Shown: positions 28,341 through 39,476 of the stretch, piece by piece
How positions within the stretch are numbered: position 1 is the first letter of the stretch
How the letters are laid out: each line of letters starts with the position of its first letter
From: Candidatus Latescibacterota bacterium
GTDB lineage: Bacteria; Latescibacterota; UBA2968; GCA-2709665
NCBI GenBank assembly: GCA_965219455.1
Contig: OZ244744.1
Coordinates: 4,096,001 to 4,160,000 of the forward strand
Reading direction: 5' to 3'
Length of the DNA stretch: 64,000 bases
The notes under the pieces: model-generated
What the model was told of the DNA's origin: nothing
Databases searched by the model: none
Seen by the model: only the letters and a program-made list of their open reading frames with translations
Made by a program: the position numbers and the translations under genes

Positions 28341-30389
28341 CTAGAAGACAACCTGGGAAACGGCCTTTGATATCAACACAACAGAAACCGAAGTCATCCC
28401 GATGAGCCCCATACCACAGTAGTATCCGGCCAGGAGAATGGGCGCGTATGCCCTCCATTTGGTCTCGCCGAAACGTCTGGCGAAGTAGAAACGTCCAAGA
28501 AGCGCGCCGGCAAACTGCAGAATCACAAAATGTGGCCACGTGGCGAGTGAGCCCACAAAACCGAAAAAGAACAGCGTCGGCGCCTTCAACGCGGCCAGAA
28601 TCAGATACATGAGGCCGCCCACGGCAAACCCGGCCCCGATGATTTCCGGCTTGATGATATCCTTAAGGAGTTCGACGCCGACGGTTCCCTGGCCTTCGAG
28701 TTCCGGCATCGTCGACTTCAACCACATCGTGGTCATTGTGGCGTCGTATGGCCAGAACGTCTGCACATAGTAATAGCTGGACGAGGGAATGGGCCCCAGT
28801 CGCCAGATGAATTCCCAGAAAATAAAGCTGAAAATGAAAATTACGACCATGGTCACCGCAGTCAATTTCACGTAACTGACAAATTTCGTCTTCGTCAACT
28901 CCATCTGTTTATATGTAGGCACGGCAAGGCCGTGGTCGTGCAGGGGAAGTGGCGCAAACCAGACCGCCACGCCCTTGTATCCGGACAGAAGAATCCCCGC
29001 TTCCCGCAAATAGGGAATGCTCGCCCCGTACGGGCTTCCCGTCAGGCCGATCATTCGGGCGCCTATATAAGACGAAATCGGCGTGTAGATGAGCCCGAAG
29101 AACACAACCCAGCCCCAGTGGAATTCCGGAACCAGCATCTGACATAGCACTATAAAGCCGAGTGTGGCGGCGCCCCAGAACAGAATCGGGTAAATCATTT
29201 TCATGTCCGAGCGACCTTCCGGCAGGTCCTCGAGGTCGATACCCGATGTATGATGCCCGGTTTCCTGTTTCTGACGACGTTGTTCCATAAGCACTCGAAA
29301 CACCTGGTAGAATCCGGTGAACGCGATTATAAACGAAGTGCCGATACCAAAACTCAACCAGAAGTCGAACTGGTTGGAGATCGAAGTCGGGATCGCCGTC
29401 ATGCCCGCAGACCAGCGGTCCAGGATTTCATATTTGTAAAGAAACGGGTTGACAACCAGGTTTCCCAGGACGGCGCCGGCAAACGACCCGATAACCACCC
29501 AGAACGGCAACACGAATCCGACAATCAGGTGGCCCAGGTCGGTTGCAATTCCGAACAGCGCCGCAGGTAAGATGGTTTTGATCTGCTCCGTAAAATCGAT
29601 CCAGGGAATGGGCAGAATCTGGACCGTATCGGTCAGGAATATGCTGGAAAGCGTGGGGACAACAATGTAGAGCAGGCCCCAGACCAGTCCGATGCACGCG
29701 CCGGTACTGAATACCCGCCATCTCCAGCCCTCCTGCTTGGCCGACGTCTCGGCCAGCGCGGTGGCTCCGCGCGCCTGTACGGGCGCCAGCGGAAACGGCA
29801 ACCGTTCGATATCGCTCGTAATGCGAAACATCACGTACCCAAGCGATAGTCTCGCGGTATTGCTTAACAGTGTTAATGCAACGAGGATGCCGATCGGCTT
29901 CAACCACGCAGCGTGCAAAAACGTACGTTCGGCGTAGATCTCCGGATGTTCGCTGATCCTGGGAACCACCCAGTCCGGGAAGAAATCCGCGAGCCCCCTG
30001 GCCGCCGGGGATTGGATCAAGTATTGATCCCAGATTAATCCGCCGAACGGGCCCCCATACACGAGCGCCGCGCTGCCCAGTCTCACCCCCACCCCCAGCA
30101 ATCCACCCGCCACCCAGTAGATTACCAGGACCTCCTGCGTCTTCAGCCGCACGAAGGACCGTTTGGCGATTTCCAGGAAGAGGATGATGGTCACCCATTC
30201 GGACGCGCCCGCCATGTTCTGTCCGGTGACCAACCCGAGGTAGATTGCCCCCGGCAACATCACCAGGCCCACAAATAGCGTCGCCCACATGGTCTTCATA
30301 TTGAAACCATCTTCAAACGGCGCATCCACCGGCATGATGTTTTCGTACTGTTCCTGATCTTCTCTATTGTCTTCGGGTTCGATTGCCAA
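28341..30389 (-). CDS. OPT/YSL-like multi-pass membrane peptide transporter
   Basis: Many TM helices; ERLPFPLAPV motif. TTG start 7 nt after AGGAGG (alternative GTG 30395). Confidence 0.65.
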   Translation of the reverse strand: MAIEPEDNREDQEQYENIMPVDAPFEDGFNMKTMWATLFVGLVMLPGAIYLGLVTGQNMAGASEWVTIILFLEIAKRSFVRLKTQEVLVIYWVAGGLLGVGVRLGSAALVYGGPFGGLIWDQYLIQSPAARGLADFFPDWVVPRISEHPEIYAERTFLHAAWLKPIGILVALTLLSNTARLSLGYVMFRITSDIERLPFPLAPVQARGATALAETSAKQEGWRWRVFSTGACIGLVWGLLYIVVPTLSSIFLTDTVQILPIPWIDFTEQIKTILPAALFGIATDLGHLIVGFVLPFWVVIGSFAGAVLGNLVVNPFLYKYEILDRWSAGMTAIPTSISNQFDFWLSFGIGTSFIIAFTGFYQVFRVLMEQRRQKQETGHHTSGIDLEDLPEGRSDMKMIYPILFWGAATLGFIVLCQMLVPEFHWGWVVFFGLIYTPISSYIGARMIGLTGSPYGASIPYLREAGILLSGYKGVAVWFAPLPLHDHGLAVPTYKQMELTKTKFVSYVKLTAVTMVVIFIFSFIFWEFIWRLGPIPSSSYYYVQTFWPYDATMTTMWLKSTMPELEGQGTVGVELLKDIIKPEIIGAGFAVGGLMYLILAALKAPTLFFFGFVGSLATWPHFVILQFAGALLGRFYFARRFGETKWRAYAPILLAGYYCGMGLIGMTSVSVVLISKAVSQVVF

Positions 30390-30474
30390 AACCACCCCTC
30401 CTCATTGGGAGCAGCGAGTCACGGGTTGCGGGTGTCAAGCTACCGGCTGTCCACGAATCGCGGCACAACGCTTC

Positions 30475-33400
30475 TTATACCCTTGCCTCTTCCACTGTGT
30501 TTGACAGAATCCGACTGCCCTCGTCCGCGTACTGGTGTTTCAATTCGGGTGGAATGGTCCGCCAGACCAGGAATCTTTTCCTGAGCACGTTCAGGAATCC
30601 TCGGTTGATCCGCTTCCAGGAGGCGACGTCACCGCTGAGTCGGTTGATAACAACCTCAATTTTATAAATATTGTATTCTCTGGTTGGTATCGCCCTCAAC
30701 TCCACCTCCTGGCTGATGCCCAGGTCGTAGGGCGCAAGCCAGCAGGTCAGGTTGATTTCATACTGCGGTTCACCCTGAATGTCCTGCGAGGTAAAACGGA
30801 CGTAATCGGCCACAAAGTCGCCGACGGACCCTTCGCCGTAGGATTCAAAAACCCGCGTCAGATAAGTGTACATTCCCAATACTTCCGCGCCGCCGACCGT
30901 AAACGGAAAATCGAACACCCATCTGTCGCCGTCGGGCTCCGGAAACTCCCATTTTCGCGTCACATCCGGCACGGCCATATCGGCGGCCTTCTTCGCAGGG
31001 TACAGCGTAGAGAGGAACACCGTTGCCATGACAATCAAGGTGGAGGAAATGGCCGACAAAGAAGAATAGTTCAACTCCAGGCTGAGCAGTTGTCCCTGTG
31101 CCTGCGCCTGAGTAAACAGCACAAGAACCAGCACTTGTCCTATTAAATACCCAAAGACGGCGCCAACCGTGGCGAATACTGTCGCCTCCGCGAGAAACAG
31201 CGCCGCAATGTGGTTTGGCGCCAGCCCGACGGCCGAGTAGATGCCAATTTCGTTGAACCGTTCGTACACCGCGCCCATCATTGTATTCAACACGATCAAC
31301 GCGGCAATCAGGATCGGAATAAACAGTGTGCCCAGACCGGAAAGAGACGTGGATCCGATGGAACTGTAAACCGTGACTTTTTCCTCGTGGCCCACGAACA
31401 TGGTCAGGGACACCCGGGTCATGAACTCTTCGACATCCGGCAGGAAGTTCGTCTTGGCGTTGCCCTGTGAGTCCACAAAATTCGCTACCGCGACGGAATT
31501 CAGGGTACCTCCAATATTCCGCACGTAATCATAAGGTACGATCATCACGTTGGTCGATTCCAGATGCGTAAACGTCTCAATTGGTGCCGCTGCGACAACC
31601 CGCGGGTCCTGGTCCTGAGCATCAGCCAGGTCGTCCTTCTCCTTTACCGTATCCACGGGCGTAAGCTTCTCGTCGTCCATATCCTTGTATTTATTGAAAT
31701 CCTCCGAGTCCATAATTCCGATAACCGTGAAAACACCGCCCAGCATCTCTATCTTTGCGGTACCGGCGTCTTCGGGAAAAATACCCACCAATTCCGCCAG
31801 GTCGTTCGGCAGAATACATACATCCGTCTCTCCTGGATTAAACCACCGCCCGCTCATCAGATATCGGTCGATACCGGTAATTTCCGGCTCCTCCGCCGTG
31901 AGGCCCAGCAACCCATTCACAAAACTGTCTTTTCCCGTGGTGATACCCACGTCAAAATCGACATAGGTATCTCTCGAGCCAAGGTAGGAGGTCTGCTCGG
32001 TGGTCCGAGAGAAGTTGACGTATGCCCGTTCCCCGCGAACCTGAGAAAGGTACCATGCGCGGGGAACAATGGTCGCACGGCCCTTAAATGCACTGGTCAG
32101 GTACTGGAGAACGGATTCCTGCAATCCTCTCCAGGAACGATCCCGGACCAGGCCTCCCTGATACGGGGGTTGGTTGTCCCTCGGCAATCGATAAAATTTG
32201 ATTGAAGTCTGTACCGACGTAAATGATAGCGCCGTAAACGTCAGCAATGTGAGGGTGATGGCCGTCAGTCCGGTACGGAGAGGACGTTTTCGCAAATTGG
32301 AAATGCCCAGAATTATTGAAGCAGCCGTCGCGCTCAACCTCCCCACGTCCGCCTCGTACGTTCCTGCCGAGGCCTGCTTCATTTTCCGTACCTCTTCGCC
32401 GAACTTGGAAACGACAATGAACATCGCAATGCCGCCAAGCGCCATGATCACGAAAGCCAGAAAGATGATGTAGGGCGTGCTGCTCAGCTTGAAGGCCGGA
32501 TGGACGTAACGAAGGACAATGAAAAACAGCACGAAGATTCCCGCAAAGCCGCTCAGGCGCCGGGTGATATCCGGAAATCCGAAAAGCAGCCGCTCGCAGA
32601 AAAAGGAAAACGGCAGCAGGAGAATGAAATAAAAGATAATCCCACGTACCGTGTCGTTTGCCGTGGACATCACTTCAGGGTATCCGCGGGCTTCCAGCCC
32701 CCAGGCCTCCCTGGACGCGGCGATAAACCCTTCGTAGTCGTGGCGGGCCAGGTCCTCACGCGCCCGTTTTAGCGCGTCGGCCGCGTGCGTGTGCAGCTTT
32801 TCCAACCGGGCATTCGTTATTCCGTACTGGGCAAGCTGCTTCATCCGGATGTCGTCTATCACCCACATATCCTTGGCGGCCTTGTATGACGGGTAGAGGA
32901 TCACGCCGGGAGGATAACCTGCGCCGCGAGACTGCTCCAACAATTCATCGTCCACGTCCCACTTGCCCACGGGGTTTTCCAGAAACTCCTCCGGGGCGTT
33001 TGTCAGCAGGTATTTCACCCCGAACAGGCCCGTGCTCATCAGAATCTTGATGGGATCGGGACTGCCGGTTGTGGGGTTTATCGCGGTAAACGCCACCGCC
33101 GCCCGCGTTACGTCGCCCTCTTTGATGCTCTGGTTCTCAATATAGTAGTAACCGTATTCCAGCGGCTGGGAATCGCCGGCATTCAACACGGTCATAAAAT
33201 CCAGCGCCGAAAGGTAACTGGAATCGATTATTTCAAACACACTGAGAGACCTGCACTTGAAGAGGACCGCCAGCATCTCGTTCTCCCACCATCCGTAGCC
33301 CTGCCGGGCGGGAAACTTCTCCTCGCCTTCCGTACCCAGATCCGGCGCCGATATGATTCGGCCATGGTCGTCGATTTCATATGCCAATATTTGATTTGTA

Positions 33401-35271
33401 AACCGGTTGCGCATGATGTTGAAATGGAATCGGCCAGTGGCCTCCACTTCCTCTTTTGTGCCGAATATGGGCCCTGTGGATCGGTCGCTCACGTATTTGG
33501 GGCCTTCCGTGGTTTTGTCCACAATCAAGGTACGTACCCCACCGCAGCTGGCAACCGGCCCGGGCTGTTGATATGTGACGATGGCCCCAGGCACGGGCAC
33601 GCGTGGAATCGCAAAATCGGCATCTCGTTCAAACCACAGAATGCGTCCCTTCATACTGTGGCCAAGGTCCTGCAACTTGAGTTTGGACACCCGGAAGAAC
33701 TCGGGATCTTCCAACGCCTTCAGCAGCATGCCGGTCGCCGTACGGGTTTGCCGGGCCAGGTTGGCGAAGTTGACGAATTCCACCCGGTCGGCGGGCGTAT
33801 CCACCTTTTCACGCGTTGTGGACGGGGTGGCCAGCGTAATCCCTTCCTTGCCAACGAATTTGACCGCCTCGCTGTCGAATCCCAAACGGACGGGCATGTA
33901 GTTCTTCCACGTTCGTTTCGGTGGCGCAACGGCGTCGACGTGACGTTCTTCGCCAGGATAGATTTTGGCCAGGTATTTGTTGAATTTCTTCGCGTACGGC
34001 GCCAGCAGGTTGTTTTCGTAGTTGTTCGTTGACCAGTTCGGGTTGATAAACGTACCGTGTGAGAAACTGGCGATCTCGTCCGTTTCGCTCGACAGGTCGA
34101 ACCCGACGAATAGCCGGAAATCGATCTTCTGTCCGTCCGGAATCTTCTCCCGGAAGTGGTCGCTTTCCCGGGAATGCCTGAAAAGGAAGTCGTTGACGCC
34201 GGACAACCCCTGGAAGTGGGCGCCTGTTACCAGGAATTTTACCGTGTACCGCGGCAGCCGCGACAGTCGTCCCGAGGCGTCTAGCCACGATTTGTCTTTC
34301 AACGCCGCCGCGACATCCAGAAGGGCGGCCAACCCGGTCGCATTCTCCGCACCCGGAGCCAATGCCGGCACCACGGAAATGGCGTCGTAAAACGAACTCA
34401 GGACAACCATCTCGTCCTTCCATTTCCGTTCTTCACGCTCCGTGACAAAGGCGTCGGAGCCAGGCAGGGTGGCGTATATGTTCCACGTGGGAACCTTTTC
34501 CCAGTCCATTTTGGACGTCATTCTCACGAGCGTGGCGTTGGACTCTGCGAGTGCCGCGAGACGGGCCGCGTCGGCTTTCTCCACCCAGAACCTGGGCACA
34601 TCCACCGGTACCTGAAGGAGTTTCTCCTGGGCTTGTCCTCTGCTCACGCCGCCGTTATCGTAGAAAATGATGGCCTGTGCGCCCAACATGCGTGGGTTGA
34701 GATAGTTCTGACCGCAATCGAATTCCATCAACGCGATGCTGTTCGCCACCGGCTTCGAATTCAATGCCCGGAAAGATCCATCACCTGCGTCGATCAGCGC
34801 GCCCGTAACGCCGCCGTCCGGCAGGGAAGGCGTTTGCACGTGATTGGGCCAAAGCCCGTACAGCCGGATCGTGTCTCCGGTTTCCAGAACATCCAGTGTC
34901 GCCCCCTTGTCGATGGGCACGGTGACGTGGTGTTCCTCTACCGTGATATCCTCCAGACCCAGCGCCTCGAAACGGTCTTTGACGTATTCGAAGGCCTTCC
35001 TGTGCCCCGGATACCCCGGTACCCGGGATCCCATCCCGGCCAGAGCGGATACCGTTTCCTGGAGACTCGCCTCTGAGATCTGATCGGCGAAATCCTGAAT
35101 GCGTTCGTCTCTGTGGGAGGGCTTCTCCACACGCACCTGAGGAACGCTGGGCTTGATATTGAAAACACGAATAAAAAAGTCGGTTACCTGTCCCGGGTTG
35201 AACACGGTAACCGACGAAAGCATGAAAATCGCGATCAGCCACAGAATCGCGCCGCCGAGTTTACGCAGCAT
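30475..35271 (-). CDS. Large membrane protein: M28 peptidase-like ectodomain fused to an FtsX/MacB-like permease
   Basis: SRVPGYPG, NI.A.LPG and APGAENATG (M28-like). SNLRKRPLRTGLT and ERFNEIGIYSAVG..P..I..LFLAE (FtsX-like). Confidence 0.8.
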   Translation of the reverse strand: MLRKLGGAILWLIAIFMLSSVTVFNPGQVTDFFIRVFNIKPSVPQVRVEKPSHRDERIQDFADQISEASLQETVSALAGMGSRVPGYPGHRKAFEYVKDRFEALGLEDITVEEHHVTVPIDKGATLDVLETGDTIRLYGLWPNHVQTPSLPDGGVTGALIDAGDGSFRALNSKPVANSIALMEFDCGQNYLNPRMLGAQAIIFYDNGGVSRGQAQEKLLQVPVDVPRFWVEKADAARLAALAESNATLVRMTSKMDWEKVPTWNIYATLPGSDAFVTEREERKWKDEMVVLSSFYDAISVVPALAPGAENATGLAALLDVAAALKDKSWLDASGRLSRLPRYTVKFLVTGAHFQGLSGVNDFLFRHSRESDHFREKIPDGQKIDFRLFVGFDLSSETDEIASFSHGTFINPNWSTNNYENNLLAPYAKKFNKYLAKIYPGEERHVDAVAPPKRTWKNYMPVRLGFDSEAVKFVGKEGITLATPSTTREKVDTPADRVEFVNFANLARQTRTATGMLLKALEDPEFFRVSKLKLQDLGHSMKGRILWFERDADFAIPRVPVPGAIVTYQQPGPVASCGGVRTLIVDKTTEGPKYVSDRSTGPIFGTKEEVEATGRFHFNIMRNRFTNQILAYEIDDHGRIISAPDLGTEGEEKFPARQGYGWWENEMLAVLFKCRSLSVFEIIDSSYLSALDFMTVLNAGDSQPLEYGYYYIENQSIKEGDVTRAAVAFTAINPTTGSPDPIKILMSTGLFGVKYLLTNAPEEFLENPVGKWDVDDELLEQSRGAGYPPGVILYPSYKAAKDMWVIDDIRMKQLAQYGITNARLEKLHTHAADALKRAREDLARHDYEGFIAASREAWGLEARGYPEVMSTANDTVRGIIFYFILLLPFSFFCERLLFGFPDITRRLSGFAGIFVLFFIVLRYVHPAFKLSSTPYIIFLAFVIMALGGIAMFIVVSKFGEEVRKMKQASAGTYEADVGRLSATAASIILGISNLRKRPLRTGLTAITLTLLTFTALSFTSVQTSIKFYRLPRDNQPPYQGGLVRDRSWRGLQESVLQYLTSAFKGRATIVPRAWYLSQVRGERAYVNFSRTTEQTSYLGSRDTYVDFDVGITTGKDSFVNGLLGLTAEEPEITGIDRYLMSGRWFNPGETDVCILPNDLAELVGIFPEDAGTAKIEMLGGVFTVIGIMDSEDFNKYKDMDDEKLTPVDTVKEKDDLADAQDQDPRVVAAAPIETFTHLESTNVMIVPYDYVRNIGGTLNSVAVANFVDSQGNAKTNFLPDVEEFMTRVSLTMFVGHEEKVTVYSSIGSTSLSGLGTLFIPILIAALIVLNTMMGAVYERFNEIGIYSAVGLAPNHIAALFLAEATVFATVGAVFGYLIGQVLVLVLFTQAQAQGQLLSLELNYSSLSAISSTLIVMATVFLSTLYPAKKAADMAVPDVTRKWEFPEPDGDRWVFDFPFTVGGAEVLGMYTYLTRVFESYGEGSVGDFVADYVRFTSQDIQGEPQYEINLTCWLAPYDLGISQEVELRAIPTREYNIYKIEVVINRLSGDVASWKRINRGFLNVLRKRFLVWRTIPPELKHQYADEGSRILSNTVEEARV

Positions 35272-35722
35272 AGTCAACTCCTGAATCTTGAGAAACTCAG
35301 TTTTCGTTTTGGCCGCCCTGTTCGGCGCATTACGACAAAGGACCCGACAGGCGTCCCGGGGTTGCCCGAATGGTATTCCGACGCATTGGCGCGATCTCAG
35401 TTGCGGAAGATCACCAAGCGCATTGCGGATGGTCGCGGAACCCGCCCCTGCGGTAGCCGATGGTCAATTCCGAAATGCAGGCCGTCGCGGGAATCAACGA
35501 AATTTTGATATAACAAATAAGAATACCGTTGTCAAGGCATTTTCTATTGCTCTAATCATCTGATTTTTCTGGCCTTCGTGGCTCATGCCATCCGTGTCCA
35601 CCGACCGGAAACAAGAAAAACGCTTGCGTCCGAACACGCTTTTTTTATATTGGTGATCCGCTGTACTGGCCAGTTAAAACGGGTTCATCGATCCTACCCT
35701 CTCCCGAAAGGAGAAGTACCTT

Positions 35723-36583
35723 ATGACATGGTGCCCTCCCCGGCTCTTGCACCTGATCACAATTCCCGTTGCCGCACTCGGTCTTTCTTCCTGCGGGGGT
35801 CCTGAAAAAAAAATCGAGGAAAAGCTCGCAGCGAATGTCCTCTTTTTTGCTAACTTTGACGACAGATCCCGTTTCGAGGCGCTTACGATAAAGAAGGGCA
35901 CGGTCGCTGCGATGGAGACGAGCAGCCCGCCCCGACATGAGTTTACCGGGGGCAAAGAGGATGGCTTCGTTTCATTCGCAAACGGCGCAACCTATCTCAG
36001 CTATCAGGCCAAAGGAAACTTTCCGTACGGTGTGAATAGCCCATGGTCCGGAGGGGTCTCTTTCTGGTTGAGCGTAGATCCAAACAGCGACTTCACGGAG
36101 AAGTTCCCCGAGCCCTTTTCCATCGGAAAGAAGTGGGACGACGCGGTCATATTCGTAGACTTCGAAAAGAGCCAGAAGGATCGCCCTCCCAGCGCCCTTC
36201 GCTTCGGCTGTTATCCCGATAAAACGCGGGCAGTCGCCGAAGAACTGGTAAAACAGTGGACGATCCGGTATGAGAAGCTCAACTGGAAATCCGACCAATG
36301 GCACCATATTGTCGTCACGTGGTCCAATATCAACAGCGGCAACGCCGATGCCGAGTACGCACTCTTCGTCGACGGAGAAGAAATAGGCCGGAAGAAGAAT
36401 ACCCGGCGCGACATTACCTGGAACATGGACGATATGGCCATTCGATTCAACAATTACAAGACCGCCTATTCCGGTAAGATCGACGAAATCGCCGTTTTCA
36501 ATACCATGCTCGACCCGGCCGACGTAATCTATCTATTCAAGCCCAAACGACCATTGAATGTACTCCTGAAAAAAGACAGATAG
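35723..36583 (+). CDS. LamG/concanavalin-A-like jelly-roll lipoprotein
   Basis: Lipobox LSSC; GVSFW, QWHHIVVTW, LFVDG and GKIDEIAVFN motifs. Confidence 0.8.
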   Translation: MTWCPPRLLHLITIPVAALGLSSCGGPEKKIEEKLAANVLFFANFDDRSRFEALTIKKGTVAAMETSSPPRHEFTGGKEDGFVSFANGATYLSYQAKGNFPYGVNSPWSGGVSFWLSVDPNSDFTEKFPEPFSIGKKWDDAVIFVDFEKSQKDRPPSALRFGCYPDKTRAVAEELVKQWTIRYEKLNWKSDQWHHIVVTWSNINSGNADAEYALFVDGEEIGRKKNTRRDITWNMDDMAIRFNNYKTAYSGKIDEIAVFNTMLDPADVIYLFKPKRPLNVLLKKDR

Positions 36584-36909
36584 GTGCCGGGTGGCGATTC
36601 GATTCTCCGACGCGACACGCCAATAAAGCCGATCCTGGCGCCGCGATCGGGAATATAGGCACTCACCCCGGTTTCGTAATTTCTGTCCTGCCGCGGCCGA
36701 TGTGATTCGACATAAGTCGTCAATTGCCTTCCTGTTGCATGGCGTTGTGGCTTGAAAACAGTCTTCATTTTAAAAAAGGGGCGATAGAGACGATGCTATC
36801 CCCCCCTTTTCGTGGTCGGGTCCGCGGCTCCCGGCGTCAACGGCCGGTACCGCGAACAGGGCCCGTGTCGACGACATCCTTCCTTCGACGATCGTCCCCC
36901 GGAGTGCCA

Positions 36910-38061
36910 GTGTTAAACTTTCTGATCTTTATTATACCTCTTGGCATCGGCTGGTTCGGAAGCCCGGTGCAGGGCGCTGAAGGCGGGGAGAATGAAGCTG
37001 AACTGGCTCATTTTCGGCGCCTTGTCAGAGTCCGGCCTGAGGACATCCAGGCGAACATTCACTACCAGGACCTGATGCTCAAGTCGGACCGCAGCCGGGA
37101 GTTGCTTGTCGAATATCTGAGGCGCCTGCAGGCCAGACCCGGATCGGCCGTGGGTCTCTACCTGTATGCGCGCCTGCTAACCCGTCCGGATGAGCGACTT
37201 GCCTATCTGAAACGGTCGATAAGTGCCAATCCCGAAATCTTTCAGGCGCGGGTCGATCTGGGCAGGACATTCTACCACAAAGGGAATTATGACTCGGCCC
37301 TGGCGCACTATAAAGCCGCCCTGGAACTCAGACCAAAGTCGGCATTTGTGCGAAATCTGATGGGCCTGGCCTATTACCATAAAGGATACGCCGACCAGGC
37401 GATTGCGGAATACAGACGGGCGGTCAAGCTCAACGACAAGTACACGGATGCTTATCTCAATCTGGGCCTTACCTATATCTACACGGGGAAGACGGACAAA
37501 GCGATAGAAATCTATGAACAGGCGCTTCGATTCCAGTCGGAAGCCACGGAACGCCGGTACATTTACAGAAACCTGGGAATGGCCTATGCTCAGGAAGGAA
37601 ATCTCAGGAAAGCACGGTCCGCCTACCTGAAGGCTCTGGAGATCGATCCCCAATACGGCGAAGCGTATGTAAGCCTCGGCAACCTGGCATTCAACCGCAG
37701 GGACTTCAAGGCCGCCGTCGACACCTACCGAAAGGCGATTGCCGCCGGTGCCGACGACGCTTCGGTCTATCTCAAATTGGGGGTATCCTACTTCAACGTT
37801 CGCAATTACGACAATGCCATCACGCATCTGCAAAACGCGGTAAAGATCGATTCCCTACAGGTAGACGCCTACTTCTACCTGGGTTTGGCCTGCTTTAGAG
37901 ACGGTCGCCACGATAGCGCCCGCGAAGCGCTTGAAACCTACGTACGTAAGGAGAAACGCATTTCGAAGAATTCCGTTGTATTCGACGCCAAGCAACTTCT
38001 GGATGACCTGAATCGCCTTAGAATAAGATCATCCATTCCGGGTACCCAGAAAAAGGAATAG
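36910..38061 (+). CDS. Secreted tetratricopeptide repeat protein
   Basis: Many TPR units (e.g. AYLNLGLTY..G..DKAI..Y..AL). A hydrophobic signal follows GTG 36910. Start uncertain (36724-36910). Confidence 0.85.
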   Translation: MLNFLIFIIPLGIGWFGSPVQGAEGGENEAELAHFRRLVRVRPEDIQANIHYQDLMLKSDRSRELLVEYLRRLQARPGSAVGLYLYARLLTRPDERLAYLKRSISANPEIFQARVDLGRTFYHKGNYDSALAHYKAALELRPKSAFVRNLMGLAYYHKGYADQAIAEYRRAVKLNDKYTDAYLNLGLTYIYTGKTDKAIEIYEQALRFQSEATERRYIYRNLGMAYAQEGNLRKARSAYLKALEIDPQYGEAYVSLGNLAFNRRDFKAAVDTYRKAIAAGADDASVYLKLGVSYFNVRNYDNAITHLQNAVKIDSLQVDAYFYLGLACFRDGRHDSAREALETYVRKEKRISKNSVVFDAKQLLDDLNRLRIRSSIPGTQKKE

Positions 38062-38265
38062 GAATCCATTGGCGAATAGCCCGCTGACCAGACCGTTCTT
38101 GAATACCTCCCCGACCGTCTCAAGTTCTCCGAAAAACGCGACCATCAGGACCGACAGAACCAACGGCGTCACCGGCGTCCAGCGTTTGGGAACCCCAATC
38201 CATCGAAATAGCAGCGCCCCCAGAACCGAAAGCGCGGCAACACCCAGTTGGTTTTCTAAACCCAT
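38029..38265 (-). CDS. Small 3-TM membrane protein, holin-like
   Basis: 78 aa, hydrophobic, VPKRWTP and GLVSGLFANG segments. RBS GGAG upstream. Overlaps the TPR gene end by 33 bp. Confidence 0.45.
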   Translation of the reverse strand: MGLENQLGVAALSVLGALLFRWIGVPKRWTPVTPLVLSVLMVAFFGELETVGEVFKNGLVSGLFANGFLFLFLGTRNG

Positions 38266-38745
38266 GGATTTCTCCAGTAGGCTCTGGCAATGCGCACAAC
38301 CGATATATGTATGATTTTTTTGGACCTATGAAATTGTTGAATAGCAAAGAATGTGATGTGCGGAACCGGCGGGCTTCCACATCGGAACCCCCATGCGAGA
38401 AACGAATCTGTGCCGCGCACAAACTGCTGCACGCGCCCGACCTACCGGTGAATTCCGGAGTGCCCGCAATATACCGCTTGCACCCAGGGCACGCAACCGC
38501 AAAGGGTGGCTTGCTGAAGTCGAGGAACCGACCTCACCCGGCTTTGCGGGCGCGGTTTGTCGTAACGTGATCCGTTTTTGGTTCTCGACGATCGTCCCCT
38601 GGCAACACACCCTTTGATGTCTGCATTTCGGGCGTAATTCAGGTCGAATCCGGCCTCGCCGGACCCAGGGAGACTTCCTTCGTATAGCCCTTTGTATGGA
38701 GAATCCATTCACCGCCTGCAGTGACGAAATTTCTAGAGAAATCGC

Positions 38746-38774
38746 TTGACTTTGATGAACTTAAGATGTATCTT
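38746..38774 (+). promoter_or_regulatory. Sigma70-type promoter for the lipoprotein/L,D-transpeptidase operon
   Basis: TTGACT - 17 nt - TATCTT. Confidence 0.55.
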
Positions 38775-38873
38775 CTTGTCGTATCAGTGCGCTAACTGTG
38801 AGTTGTTTCGGAAATGGTTATTTCTGTTTGACTTGTTGCCAACATTTGAGGTCCTATCAACCAAGGAGGGGAG

Positions 38874-39476
38874 ATGCGATCTGTCCTGAGAATCGGCCTT
38901 GTTGTCTGTTTTGCCGCGGCCTTTGTGGCTTGCGAACAACCTCCCGAAGAGGAAATCAAAGCCGCCGAAGGCGCCCTCAGTAAAGCCAAGGCCGCCGAGG
39001 CCGACGTCTACGCCGAGGAGATTTTCCGTTCGGCCACGAATACCCTGAAAGACGCCAAAGACAAAGTAGAACAAGGCGAATATAAAGAGGCCAGAGCCGC
39101 CGCCATTGAGGCGGAGGAACGCGCAAACCAGTCCGTGTCTCAGGCGGAAACAAACAAGGTCAAAACACGCGACGACGCTCAGGCAATCATCGATTCGACG
39201 TCTCCCAGCGTGGCGGAGGCACGAGAAGCGCTTAGCGCCGCCCCCCGTGGCAAGGGCGCAGATGGAGATTTGGACCAGCTCGATGCAGATCTTGGCGAGG
39301 CCGAAGTGTCGCTGAATAGCGCAAGGGGCAGCCTGGAAAACGGCATGTTCAAGGATGCCTTGGCCCAGGCTCAGGCCGCGGAAAGCAAGTTGGGCGGGGT
39401 ACAGGACGCAGCAAAAACGGCAATGCAGAAAATCGAAGATTGGAAAGAGGAAAACAAAGCCTGGTATCTGCGTTAG
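38874..39476 (+). CDS. Ala-rich helical lipoprotein (DUF4398-like)
   Basis: Lipobox FVAC; PPEEEIKAAE.A...AKAAEA..YA pattern; strong RBS AAGGAGG. Confidence 0.75.
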   Translation: MRSVLRIGLVVCFAAAFVACEQPPEEEIKAAEGALSKAKAAEADVYAEEIFRSATNTLKDAKDKVEQGEYKEARAAAIEAEERANQSVSQAETNKVKTRDDAQAIIDSTSPSVAEAREALSAAPRGKGADGDLDQLDADLGEAEVSLNSARGSLENGMFKDALAQAQAAESKLGGVQDAAKTAMQKIEDWKEENKAWYLR

